From an uncultured Azospirillum sp. (GTDB lineage: Bacteria; Pseudomonadota; Alphaproteobacteria; Rickettsiales; UBA3002): 34,250 nucleotides of DNA. Positions 1-9,275 of this stretch are shown piece after piece (position 1 is the stretch's first letter; each line of letters opens with the position of its first letter). The stretch is taken from contig CAZZCK010000004.1 of assembly GCA_964652475.1 (NCBI GenBank), positions 606 to 34,855 on the forward strand. Reading direction: 5' to 3'. The notes under the pieces are model-generated. The model was given only the letters and a program-made list of their open reading frames with translations. It did no database searches and was not told where the DNA came from. Position numbers and translations under genes: made by a program.

Positions 1-1
1 T

Positions 2-1834
2 GGGGCGGGTTTGGCATGGCTGTTTGATTGCCTGATGGGATTCGCTGAACATATACCAGGTATTGGTGAGTGGATTAAAAAGCAAGGCTGGGCAAAGCAT
101 GAAACGCTGAGCCAGCATATTGAGAAACATTCACGCGGCAGCGATAATCAGCATGTTCAAGATGAAATGGGCGAGCTGAAAAAGATTGGTGGTAGGGGTG
201 CTAAGGAAACAGCGGCACTGTTAACACTGGGCGGCACTGGGCGCGATAGTGCTGGCAATGAAACAACAATTAATCCTGCGGGTATCGATAATGCGGCACC
301 GCAAGATCCGAACAACCCGAATGCTCCTGCTGACCCAGCCGCCGCAGAGGCAGAAGCAAATAAAAATAAAAAAGATTTTCTTGAGCGTGCTAAAAACGCA
401 TTTGCAGGGGCGTTTGAGGCTTCGAAAGAGGTTCTTGCCGAAACAAGCACGGCTGGGCTGGCGGTTGGCGGTACTGGATTTGTATTGGCTACAGGCCAAA
501 CGGTACGCGGCGTTGGTGAAGGTGTCAACGGGACGGCATTTAATAAAATTGAAAGAACGGCAGTTAAGGCAAAAGATGACTTCATAAAAGCAAATGCTAA
601 GTTTGATAAGGCTACTGCGGCTGGTCCACGAGTCGATGGCTGGAAAGTTTGGCAAAAAACGCAAGCGCAAATTGACGCACTTAAGGTTTCCCGTGATGCG
701 CTTGATGCAGAGGCAAAAGCGGCTAGAACGGTTGCGGATGCTGCGAAATTAAATGCTACCAGCACTGTGCAGCACGCGCTCGACCCGATGAAAGGCGGTA
801 TACTCAAATCGCCCCTATGGAACTCGTGGCGTCACTTGGGCCGCGGCTTAGGTATTGGGGGCTACGAAATAGTTACTCGCTTGGACAGCTTAGTAGATAA
901 TATCGCAAGTGGTATTAAATCCAAAGGAACATCCGTATTTTCAGGCATTAAAAATGCAGCTTATGGTGTGGTAGAAGGAGCAGGAGGCGTTGTTAATGGT
1001 ACCACGCTTGCGCCATCAGTATCGGGTGTGAATGCAGTAGCCCGAAACGCTTCTTGGGCTGCCAGCCATGGGATTAAGATTTTTGAGCCTACGGTAGCGG
1101 GAGTTAAAACCATCAATGCAATCGGTACTGGTGACAACGCTAGCTTTGTGGCGCACGGTACCGAAACTGCCACAATGGCACTGTCTATGTTTAAGCTTGG
1201 CACTAAAGGAGCGATCCCTGCGCTCACGCCTATAAGCTCAACTGCTGAATTGGGTTTGGCATTATATAATGGTGATAAGGCGGGTGCAAAAAGTGCAGTT
1301 ATCGATTTGGGTATTGTGGGCGGTGGCGCTACTATCGGTGCGGGCATTATTGCTGTAACTGCGTTAATTGCAAGTGCACCAATTTCAGTGCCAGCTTTAT
1401 TAGTTGCGGGGGCTACCGGTGCAACCGTTGGCGGCTTTGCGGTAGCCGGTCGTTCTTTATATAATACTTTCGCTGTCCCCGAAGCCAAAGCCGCCACTAT
1501 CCCTCAACCAGCGAAGGTGGCCGGGGTGGGCACGGTGCCGACTGCACCTGCTGTTGCGGGGGCGCTTGGCACACCGGATGCGAAGCTTGCGGCGGTAGCG
1601 ATTGCACAAAACCAGCAAACTCAGGCCGCCTGGGCCGCGGCGACGCGGGCGACACCGGCTGGAGCATTTAGCTTTGGTGCGGCGCCAGCAGCAACGGCAT
1701 CCACACCGCCTAAGCTTGCGTTCAACAATGTCAAAGACGTTCATCCCGGTGGGTTTGCGCCATCATCCGCCGGTGATGCTTCTGCCGGGGGTTCGCGCGC
1801 TGTCAATGCTGGTGCAGCGCCTGCGTTTTTTTAA
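2..1834 (+). CDS. Hypothetical Ala/Gly-rich membrane-associated protein, 5'-truncated by the window edge
   Basis: The frame is open from base 2, so the TTG at 11 is probably not the real start. More than 600 codons, with a helical Ala/Lys-rich segment, a hydrophobic hairpin (IDLGIVGGG...FAVAG, 1301-1450) and a Pro/Ala-rich tail. No family recognised. Confidence 0.75.
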   Translation, partial: GAGLAWLFDCLMGFAEHIPGIGEWIKKQGWAKHETLSQHIEKHSRGSDNQHVQDEMGELKKIGGRGAKETAALLTLGGTGRDSAGNETTINPAGIDNAAPQDPNNPNAPADPAAAEAEANKNKKDFLERAKNAFAGAFEASKEVLAETSTAGLAVGGTGFVLATGQTVRGVGEGVNGTAFNKIERTAVKAKDDFIKANAKFDKATAAGPRVDGWKVWQKTQAQIDALKVSRDALDAEAKAARTVADAAKLNATSTVQHALDPMKGGILKSPLWNSWRHLGRGLGIGGYEIVTRLDSLVDNIASGIKSKGTSVFSGIKNAAYGVVEGAGGVVNGTTLAPSVSGVNAVARNASWAASHGIKIFEPTVAGVKTINAIGTGDNASFVAHGTETATMALSMFKLGTKGAIPALTPISSTAELGLALYNGDKAGAKSAVIDLGIVGGGATIGAGIIAVTALIASAPISVPALLVAGATGATVGGFAVAGRSLYNTFAVPEAKAATIPQPAKVAGVGTVPTAPAVAGALGTPDAKLAAVAIAQNQQTQAAWAAATRATPAGAFSFGAAPAATASTPPKLAFNNVKDVHPGGFAPSSAGDASAGGSRAVNAGAAPAFF

Positions 1835-1999
1835 CCCAGTTGGCAGCGCATGGGTGCCCTGAGCGTGAATGAAGCGGCAATCCCCTAGCGCACATCCAAG
1901 ACGTACGCATACTCCCTTCACTGTGAGCAACCCGCGCGCGACGCTTGTGTCTCACGTTGACTAAAGTAGCATGGTAGCCTCATAAAATGAGGTATTGGC

Positions 2000-2935
2000 A
2001 TGACGAGCGCGAGCGCAGCAAAAACCGAGACCATCACCACCGCGATGGACGAAACCTTCACGACCAAACGCGCGACCTCGCCAGCGCTTGAAGCCATCCT
2101 CTACGACACGATTGCTGTGCTCGATCACGGCTTCATCCGCGTGATCGATTATATGGGTGATGACGCGGCGATTGTACAAGCTGCCCGCGTTTCCTATGGC
2201 CGCGGCACCAAGCAAGTAAGCCAGGATAAAGGCCTTATCAATTATTTGATGCGCCATTGGCATTCCACGCCGTTTGAAATGTGCGAAATCAAATTCCATG
2301 TCAAGCTACCCATCTTCGTCGCGCGGCAATGGATTCGTCACCGCACCGCGAACGTGAACGAATATTCGGCGCGCTATTCCATCATGGATAAGGAATTTTA
2401 TATTCCGGATGCAAGCCAGCTTGCCCCACAATCGAAAAAGAACCACCAAGGCCGTGGCGGTGAAACGCTCAGCGCGGCCGAATCCGCGCGCGTGCTCGAA
2501 ATCCTAAAAGGCGACTCCGAGCAGGTTTATGATCATTATATGGAGCTCATGGGCCAAAGCGAGGAGACGCTCGCGCATGAGAACGACCGCCAGGGGATTG
2601 CCCGTGAGCTGGCGCGCATGAACCTGACGCTCAATTACTACACCCAGTGGTATTGGAAAATTGATTTGCATAACCTCATGCATTTCCTCATGCTGCGGGC
2701 GGACCCCCACGCGCAATACGAAATCCGTGTGTATGCCGACGCGATGATTAAAGTCGTCGAAAAATGGGTGCCGTTCGCCTTTGATGCCTTCCAAGAACAC
2801 CGCCTGCACGGCTCGCGCCTCTCGCGCACCGGCTTAGCGGTCGTTAAGCGCATGATCGCCGGTGAAAAAGTGACGCAGGAAACTTCGGGACTCACCAAAC
2901 GCGAGTGGGATGAGTTGATGGGGACGCTGGGTTAA
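2000..2935 (+). CDS. thyX: FAD-dependent thymidylate synthase ThyX
   Basis: ThyX motif [14 protein letters not shown] (RHRx7S), plus AARVSY, HSTPFE and HAQYEIR. SD-like TGAGG at 1988-1992. Confidence 0.98.
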   Translation: MTSASAAKTETITTAMDETFTTKRATSPALEAILYDTIAVLDHGFIRVIDYMGDDAAIVQAARVSYGRGTKQVSQDKGLINYLMRHWHSTPFEMCEIKFHVKLPIFVARQWIRHRTANVNEYSARYSIMDKEFYIPDASQLAPQSKKNHQGRGGETLSAAESARVLEILKGDSEQVYDHYMELMGQSEETLAHENDRQGIARELARMNLTLNYYTQWYWKIDLHNLMHFLMLRADPHAQYEIRVYADAMIKVVEKWVPFAFDAFQEHRLHGSRLSRTGLAVVKRMIAGEKVTQETSGLTKREWDELMGTLG

Positions 2936-2942
2936 CGAGAGC

Positions 2943-4133
2943 TTATAGCCTGCAACCCCGAGCGATACGACGGTCATACATCCGAAACAGGAATGGATTG
3001 ACCACAATCGATAGCATTGCGCCCGCAAGGATGAGGCTGTAGAGGTCTTGCGTAATTAGTCCCTTAGTGAAGGCAAGCCCGCCTAAAATAAACGAGAACT
3101 CACCAATTTGGGCAAGGCCAATCGCGATCGGATAGGCGACTGCGCGTGACTGCTTGAACCACCCCGTAATCGCCATCGCTACCATTGATTTGGCGACCAC
3201 GATGATAAGGAACGTCATCAGCACCGCCATGGGCTGATCCAACAGCGTTCTTGGGTCAAACAGCATGCCCACCGAAACAAAAAACAGTACCGAAAACGCA
3301 TCGCGCATTTGCACCGAGCTGTCGGCAGCACGGCGACCGATTTCGGTTTCATTCAGCATCACTCCCGCAAGGAATGCACCAAGCGCGAGCGATGCGTCAA
3401 AAACGACATAGGCCATAAGCGCAAAGCCAAGTGCAATCGCAAGCGTGCCCAACGTGTTTAACTCGTCTGATTGAATTGCCGCAATGCGCATCAACAGCCA
3501 TGGCAACACACGCCGTCCAACGATCAACATAAACGCAAAAAAAGCACCAATTTTGAGTATCACTGTAAGCAACAACTCAACAATAATGCTCGTGGAAACA
3601 GCCGTCTTGCTTGCTACCATTTCTGCTAATACGGGCAACATTACCAGCGCAAGCACCATCGCTATATCCTCAACGATAAGCCAACTTACAGCAATTTTTC
3701 CACCTGCACTTTCGAGCAACTGGCGCTGCTCGAGTGAGCGAATCAACACAATAGTGCTAGCAACCGAGAGCGAGAAGCCAAAGATAATGGCGGCAACAAC
3801 ATCATAGCCAAGCTGCCTTGCCAACAACGCACCAATCGCCGTTGCTGCAAGCATTTGTGCCAACGCCCCAGGCAGTGCGATTTTTCGACTCTCAAGCAAA
3901 TCGCGAAACGAAAAATGCAAGCCAACGCCAAACATGAGCAGAATAATACCAATTTCAGCTAACTGCTTGGCAAGGGTTACATCTGCCACAAAGCCAGGCG
4001 TATGCGGGCCAATAGCCACGCCCGCCAAAAGATACCCAAAAATGGCTGGCAGCTTGAGGGTTTTTGCAACCATGCCAAAGAGGAAGGCAACAACAATTCC
4101 AGCAATAATTGTGTAAATAAGTGTATGTTCCAT
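2943..4133 (-). CDS. CPA2-family cation:proton antiporter (Kef/YbaL/RosB-like), membrane domain only
   Basis: GYLLAGVAIGPHTPG, LAEIGIILLMFGVGLHFS, WLIVED, LGAFLAG, LFFVSVGMLFDP and LAQIGEFSFIL are present. Start moved to ATG 4133 (MEHTLI), which follows a promoter-like sequence. Confidence 0.92.
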   Translation of the reverse strand: MEHTLIYTIIAGIVVAFLFGMVAKTLKLPAIFGYLLAGVAIGPHTPGFVADVTLAKQLAEIGIILLMFGVGLHFSFRDLLESRKIALPGALAQMLAATAIGALLARQLGYDVVAAIIFGFSLSVASTIVLIRSLEQRQLLESAGGKIAVSWLIVEDIAMVLALVMLPVLAEMVASKTAVSTSIIVELLLTVILKIGAFFAFMLIVGRRVLPWLLMRIAAIQSDELNTLGTLAIALGFALMAYVVFDASLALGAFLAGVMLNETEIGRRAADSSVQMRDAFSVLFFVSVGMLFDPRTLLDQPMAVLMTFLIIVVAKSMVAMAITGWFKQSRAVAYPIAIGLAQIGEFSFILGGLAFTKGLITQDLYSLILAGAMLSIVVNPFLFRMYDRRIARGCRL

Positions 4134-4139
4134 GTGCGC

Positions 4140-4168
4140 AGTATACGCTAGACAGCGCCACAAACCAA
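4140..4168 (-). promoter_or_regulatory. Putative sigma70 promoter for the antiporter (leaderless geometry)
   Basis: Minus strand reads TTGGTT-N17-TATACT-N6-ATG, with no SD sequence. Confidence 0.5.
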
Positions 4169-4199
4169 GGTTAGATGAGTCGGGCATAAAGGAGGCTTC

Positions 4200-4712
4200 A
4201 TGGAACGCTTTATCGAACGCGGATTATTTGCCAGCCGCTGGTTACTGGCGCCCTTTTATATCGGGTTAGTGGGCGCACTCGCCATGTTGCTTGTCACCTT
4301 CGCGCAGGAGCTTCTGCACTTCTTTGCCAACATCATGACCATGGGTGCAAACGATGCGATTTTGGCCAGCCTCGCGCTGATTGATATTTCGCTTGCCGCC
4401 AATTTGCTCATCATCGTGATATTCTCAAGCTACGAAAATTTTGTCAGCAAGATGGATGTCGGCGACCACGAAGACTCGCCGGGTTGGAAAGGCAAGGTCG
4501 ATTTCACCGGCCTTAAAATCAAACTCATCGCCAGCATTGTTGCGATTTCGGGGATTCACCTGCTCAAAACTTTCATGGACATCAAAAAATATACCGACAG
4601 CGAAGTCTATTGGATGGTCGTCATCCATGTCGTATTTGTGTTGTCGGGGGTCATGCTCGCGCTGATGGATCATCTCGTGGTGCGCAGTAAAAAGATGGGC
4701 ACCGAGAAATAA
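4200..4712 (+). CDS. yqhA: UPF0114/YqhA (TIGR00645) membrane protein
   Basis: SRWLLAPFYIGL, LIDISLAANLL, YENFVSKMD and LKIKLIASIVAISGIHLLKTFM are present. Strong SD AAAGGAGG at 4188-4195. Confidence 0.92.
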   Translation: MERFIERGLFASRWLLAPFYIGLVGALAMLLVTFAQELLHFFANIMTMGANDAILASLALIDISLAANLLIIVIFSSYENFVSKMDVGDHEDSPGWKGKVDFTGLKIKLIASIVAISGIHLLKTFMDIKKYTDSEVYWMVVIHVVFVLSGVMLALMDHLVVRSKKMGTEK

Positions 4713-4745
4713 TGTGAGCTGTGGCGTCTTCACGTGCGGCTTATT

Positions 4746-5549
4746 TCAATAGCCCGGGAAGAAGTAAAAGCGGCAGCTTTTTGTGGTGTTGGTGAGGATG
4801 TAGCTGCCGGTGGTGCCGGGCGTAAAGGTGACGCCATTCGTGACGCAACCGGTAACATCGCTTGAATCGAGCGCGACGAGCTTGCCTGAATCCGAGCGGC
4901 CATCGTCGATTTTCGTATCGAGATTGAACGCTTCTTCGGGTTTTAAAAACCCGCCATTGAGGCCCGTGGTATCGGTTGCAGCACGGGCGGCAATCTTGAT
5001 GAAATGGCCCGCCGCATTACCATAGAGATTGGTTTGGAAATGCAACTCATACCCCGCCGGGCGATAGCGCGAGGCTGGCCATTGCCGCCCAATCAACGCT
5101 TGGCCGGCGGTGGGGGCACCGGCAAAATTACCCTCGATCAACCCAGCATTGGCGAGATGCTGCCATAAGCGAAATTTCTCGGCGACACCGTTCACAACCC
5201 CGGCAGTGATTTGGCCGTTGCCGTCGCCGTTGCAGGTGGTGATGCCCGTACTTTCAATATCGCCGCAATCGCTGCCCACGCCATCGCCCGCATCCGCCGC
5301 ACCCCAAAACTGGGTGGCGTTTTGCAGGTCACCCGGCAGGCCAAAATATTTATCGCGGAAGGAGAACATGGCCGCGCTATAACGATCGACCTCGCTGCCT
5401 ACAGCCCGCAATTCTGCAGCTTTAATGAGCGCTTGGCCGGAGAGCACACCGCCGGCCAACAAGCCCAAAATCACCAACACAATCGCAAGTTCAACCAGGG
5501 TGAAGCCGTGCCGTGAATCGGTTGGACAGAACCGGTTAGTGAAGCGCAT
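4746..5549 (-). CDS. Prepilin-type N-terminal cleavage/methylation domain protein (type IV pilin or pseudopilin-like)
   Basis: Class III signal RHG|FTLVELAIVLVILGLLAGGVL with Glu5, and four Cys in the globular part. Alternative start at 5561. Confidence 0.9.
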   Translation of the reverse strand: MRFTNRFCPTDSRHGFTLVELAIVLVILGLLAGGVLSGQALIKAAELRAVGSEVDRYSAAMFSFRDKYFGLPGDLQNATQFWGAADAGDGVGSDCGDIESTGITTCNGDGNGQITAGVVNGVAEKFRLWQHLANAGLIEGNFAGAPTAGQALIGRQWPASRYRPAGYELHFQTNLYGNAAGHFIKIAARAATDTTGLNGGFLKPEEAFNLDTKIDDGRSDSGKLVALDSSDVTGCVTNGVTFTPGTTGSYILTNTTKSCRFYFFPGY

Positions 5550-5570
5550 AGCGACTACCATCAGCGGTGA

Positions 5571-6815
5571 TTACGCATGTTTCTCGATCCAGGCGGTGAT
5601 GACTGGGCGCACCTGCTCGCGCCATTTGCGGCCATTGAAAATACCATAATGGCCGACGGCGGGAGCGAGGTGGTATTTCTTCTTGCTTTCGGCCAAGCTT
5701 GTTGCAATTTCAAGCGCCGCTTTGGTTTGGCCGACGCCGGAAATATCATCGAGCTCGCCTTCGATGGCGAGGATCGCGGTTTTGTTGATTGCATCCGGGC
5801 GTACGCGCTGTTCGTAATGATAGAACCGACCATCGGGTAGCGAATGTTTATGGAACACTTCCTCGATGGTTTGCAGGTAGAATTCGGCGGGTAAATCGGC
5901 GACCGCGAGGTATTCGTCGTAGAAATCGCGGTGTGCCTGGGCGGCTTCGCCGTCACCAATCGTGATGTCGTTGAATAGTTTTTTATGCGCATCCGCATGG
6001 CGCTCGAAATTCATGCTCATGAAGCCGGCAAGCTGTAAAAACCCAGGATAAACCCGGCGTGCGAAGCCCGGATAGTTAAGCGGCACGCGGGTGATGACGT
6101 TCGACTCGAACCATTCCATCGAATGTTCTTTGCTGAACTGATTCACCTTCGTGGGCGCTTTACGCGTATCGACTGGCCCACCCATCAGCGTCATGGTTTT
6201 GGGCGTGCATTTATGCTTGCGCTCGTTCATGAGTGCGACCGCAGCCAGCAGTGGCACCGAGGGCTGACACACGGCCATGGTGTGTGCACCCTCACCAATA
6301 TGTTCAAGAAACTCGATGATATAATCGATGTAGGTATTGAGGTCGAACGTGCCTTTATAGAGCGGAATATCGCGGGCGTTCTGCCAATCAGTGATATAGA
6401 CATCGTGGTGTGGCATCAGCGCTTCGACCGTGCCGCGCAGCAAGGTGGCATAATGGCCCGACATCGGCGCAACGAGCAGGAGCTTTTCCCCCGCGATGCG
6501 TTTGGCGCCACGCTTGAAATGCAGCAAGCGGCAGAAGGGTTTTTCAAGCGCCACTTCCTCCCAGACATCGACGGTTTTGCCGCCAATGGTCGTATGTTTC
6601 AGGTTAAATTCCGGCTTGGGATAGGATTGCGTAATGCGCTCGACCAGTTCGCCTGCCGCCGCGATCTGGCGCCCCACCCCGGTATAGCTGAGTGGATTCA
6701 TGGGGTTGCTGAACATCATTTTGGCGGCGTTGGCCATCATCCGCGTCGGCGCCATGCTCGCATTCGAGATTTCTTTGAGGCTATAGAGGCTGTTATTTTC
6801 AAACATCGTCTTCAT
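5571..6815 (-). CDS. phaZ: Intracellular polyhydroxyalkanoate (PHB) depolymerase
   Basis: VAPMSGHYATLLRGTV, AVCQP (Cys nucleophile type), RRVYPGFLQL, EGELDDISGVGQT and VGHYGIFNG are present. Confidence 0.95.
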   Translation of the reverse strand: MKTMFENNSLYSLKEISNASMAPTRMMANAAKMMFSNPMNPLSYTGVGRQIAAAGELVERITQSYPKPEFNLKHTTIGGKTVDVWEEVALEKPFCRLLHFKRGAKRIAGEKLLLVAPMSGHYATLLRGTVEALMPHHDVYITDWQNARDIPLYKGTFDLNTYIDYIIEFLEHIGEGAHTMAVCQPSVPLLAAVALMNERKHKCTPKTMTLMGGPVDTRKAPTKVNQFSKEHSMEWFESNVITRVPLNYPGFARRVYPGFLQLAGFMSMNFERHADAHKKLFNDITIGDGEAAQAHRDFYDEYLAVADLPAEFYLQTIEEVFHKHSLPDGRFYHYEQRVRPDAINKTAILAIEGELDDISGVGQTKAALEIATSLAESKKKYHLAPAVGHYGIFNGRKWREQVRPVITAWIEKHA

Positions 6816-6935
6816 CGTATCCCTTTGACTACATCCGTAGAAATCATGCGTACGGATATCGGTGCGGTTGATCGAGTCGTATTCTTTGAACTGTACAAGC
6901 GAAGGTTGAAGATTTCGTTAAGCCTCATGCCGTTA

Positions 6936-6963
6936 GTGGTATGAATGCAGCGCAACATACCAC
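6936..6963. promoter_or_regulatory. Candidate PhaR operator within an inverted repeat upstream of phaZ
   Basis: TGCAGCGCA (TGC-N3-GCA, 6946-6954) is flanked by perfect 8-bp arms GTGGTATG and CATACCAC. Confidence 0.5.
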
Positions 6964-7014
6964 AAGCGGTGGTAGTCGCAAATAAAAATAGGGGAATCGC
7001 TGACTTAAGGTGCG

Positions 7015-9090
7015 TTATTTCTTTTTCGCTTTGGGTTTTTTAATCTGCGGTTCGATTTTGCCATACACCCCATCGCCGATCGGCAGTTCCATCAACAGTT
7101 TTTCGGCTTTGTGCAATTGGTCGCGTAGGCGCGCCGCTTCCTCGAATTCAAGGTCAGCAGCGGCTTTGAGCATTTGCTTTTTGAGGGCGGCAATATGCGC
7201 ATCGAGCGAGCCTTCGCTAAAGCCGATGCCGGTATTGGCCTCACGCAATTCGGCGGCGGCCTGTTCGATCGCCGCTTCGTTCTTCACGTCCGATAGTCGT
7301 GCGGTGGTGGAGGTGGGCGTGATATTGTGTTTTTTATTATGCGCAAGTTGAATCGTGCGGCGGCGCTCGGTTTCCTCAAGCGCGCCTTTCAAGCTATCCG
7401 TCATTTTATCGGCATACAAAATCACACGGCTATCCACATTGCGGGCCGCCCGCCCAATGGTTTGGATGAGGGAGGTTTTACTGCGCAAAAACCCTTCCTT
7501 GTCGGCGTCCAAAATTGCCATCAATCCGCATTCGGGAATGTCCAACCCTTCACGCAGCAAGTTCACCCCGATCAGCACATCATAGGTGCCGATGCGCAAA
7601 TCGCGGATGATTTCGATCCGCTCGAGCGTATCAATATCCGAATGCAGATACCGCACCTTGATGCCCGCCTCATCCATATATTCGGCGAGTTCCTCGGCCA
7701 TACGTTTAGTGAGGGTGGTGACTAGCACGCGGCTGCCTTTCGCCGTTACTGCTTTGGCTTCTTTGAGCAAATCATCCACCTGATTGCCTACCGGGCGCAC
7801 GATGCATTCGGGGTCAACCAGCCCGGTCGGGCGAATCAGCTGCTCGGCGACGACACCTCCGGCCCAGGCCAATTCCAGCTCGTTTGGGGTGGCGGAAACG
7901 CAAATCGTTTGCGGGCGCAGCGCATCCCATTCCTCGAATTTCAGTGGGCGGTTATCCATGCAGGCGGGCAAGCGAAACCCATGCTCGGAGAGCACGACTT
8001 TGCGGCTGCGATCGCCGTGATACATGCCGCGAATTTGCGAGAGCGTGACATGCGATTCATCGACAAACAAAATCGCATCGCGCGGGATATATTGGAACAA
8101 GGTCGGTGGTGGTTCGCCGGGCGCGCTACCCGTCAGGTAGCGCGAATAATTTTCAATGCCGCGGCACATGCCGGTCTCGACCAGCATCTCTAAGTCGAAA
8201 CTCGTGCGCTGGCCAATGCGCTGCGCCTCAAGCAGCTTGCCCTCTTTTTCAAACCATTTCACGCGGCTGGCGAGGTCGGTTTTGATTTGTTTGATCGCTT
8301 TTTCAATCGTCGGTTTGGGCGTGACATAGTGGCTGTTGGCGTAAATCGTCACTTCGGCCAAGGCCGCGCCGCGCTCGCCCGTCAGCGGGTCAAACTCGTG
8401 AATGCTCTCAAGCTCATCACCAAAGAAGCTGAAGCGCCAGGCCAAGTCTTCCATATGGGCGGGGTAAAGGTCGATATTGTCGCCGCGCACGCGAAAATTG
8501 CCGCGCACAAAGGCGAGGTCGTTGCGTTTGTAATGCATTTCGGTGAGGTCTTTTAAGAATTTCTGCTGCGAAAATTCGGTGCGCGCCACCACATGACGGG
8601 TCATTCCGGTATAGGTTTCGACTGAGCCAATGCCGTAAATGCAACTCACGCTTGCCACCACAATCACATCGCGCCGCTCGAGCAGGGCGCGGGTGGCGCT
8701 ATGGCGCATGCGGTCGATCTGCTCGTTGATGCTCGAATCTTTCTCGATGAACGTGTCAGTTTTGGCAATATAGGCCTCGGGCTGAAAATAATCATAATAG
8801 GAAACAAAATACTCGACCGCATTGTTGGGGAAGAAATGCTTCATCTCGGAGTAAAGTTGTGCGGCGAGGGTTTTGTTATGCGCAAAAATAATCGCCGGGC
8901 GCTGGGTGTGCTCAATGACTTTTGCCATGGTGAAGGTTTTGCCGGAGCCCGTGACCCCCAGCAGTACCTGGTTTTTTTGCCCTGCCTCGAGGCCAGCAAC
9001 CAACTGCGCAATCGCGGTCGGCTGGTCGCCGCTGGGGGCAAAATCGGAGGCGATTTCAAGGCGGGGTGATGCGGGCGAGCGGGCGTTCAT
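7015..9090 (-). CDS. uvrB: Excinuclease ABC subunit B
   Basis: [48 protein letters not shown] and a C-terminal UVR domain ([13 protein letters not shown]). Confidence 0.99.
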   Translation of the reverse strand: MNARSPASPRLEIASDFAPSGDQPTAIAQLVAGLEAGQKNQVLLGVTGSGKTFTMAKVIEHTQRPAIIFAHNKTLAAQLYSEMKHFFPNNAVEYFVSYYDYFQPEAYIAKTDTFIEKDSSINEQIDRMRHSATRALLERRDVIVVASVSCIYGIGSVETYTGMTRHVVARTEFSQQKFLKDLTEMHYKRNDLAFVRGNFRVRGDNIDLYPAHMEDLAWRFSFFGDELESIHEFDPLTGERGAALAEVTIYANSHYVTPKPTIEKAIKQIKTDLASRVKWFEKEGKLLEAQRIGQRTSFDLEMLVETGMCRGIENYSRYLTGSAPGEPPPTLFQYIPRDAILFVDESHVTLSQIRGMYHGDRSRKVVLSEHGFRLPACMDNRPLKFEEWDALRPQTICVSATPNELELAWAGGVVAEQLIRPTGLVDPECIVRPVGNQVDDLLKEAKAVTAKGSRVLVTTLTKRMAEELAEYMDEAGIKVRYLHSDIDTLERIEIIRDLRIGTYDVLIGVNLLREGLDIPECGLMAILDADKEGFLRSKTSLIQTIGRAARNVDSRVILYADKMTDSLKGALEETERRRTIQLAHNKKHNITPTSTTARLSDVKNEAAIEQAAAELREANTGIGFSEGSLDAHIAALKKQMLKAAADLEFEEAARLRDQLHKAEKLLMELPIGDGVYGKIEPQIKKPKAKKK

Positions 9091-9275
9091 GCCCGTGTAT
9101 ATATGGCACTCACGATCAAAGCGCTAGTGGCGACTCACCATCAGCGTGGCTGATGTTTATGGCCTCTCCTTCCAGCACTCCCACCAACGCGTGAGGGTGG
9201 GCGGATGCGACGCTTATCAGCAGGTGGTAATTGTGAGGGTAAGGGGGATGGGCTGACGGCACCTTCCATCAACGG

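Noticed and set aside
290-350. Pro/Asn/Ala pseudo-repeats (PQDPNNPNAPADPAAA)
   Set aside because: Low-complexity linker with no true DNA tandem repeat.
6123-6944. 273-aa plus-strand ORF
   Set aside because: Antisense shadow of phaZ, with no motifs.
9091-9135. SOS box upstream of uvrB
   Set aside because: Neither GTTC-N7-GTTC nor CTGT-N8-ACAG is present; GTGTATATATGGCAC is only superficially similar.
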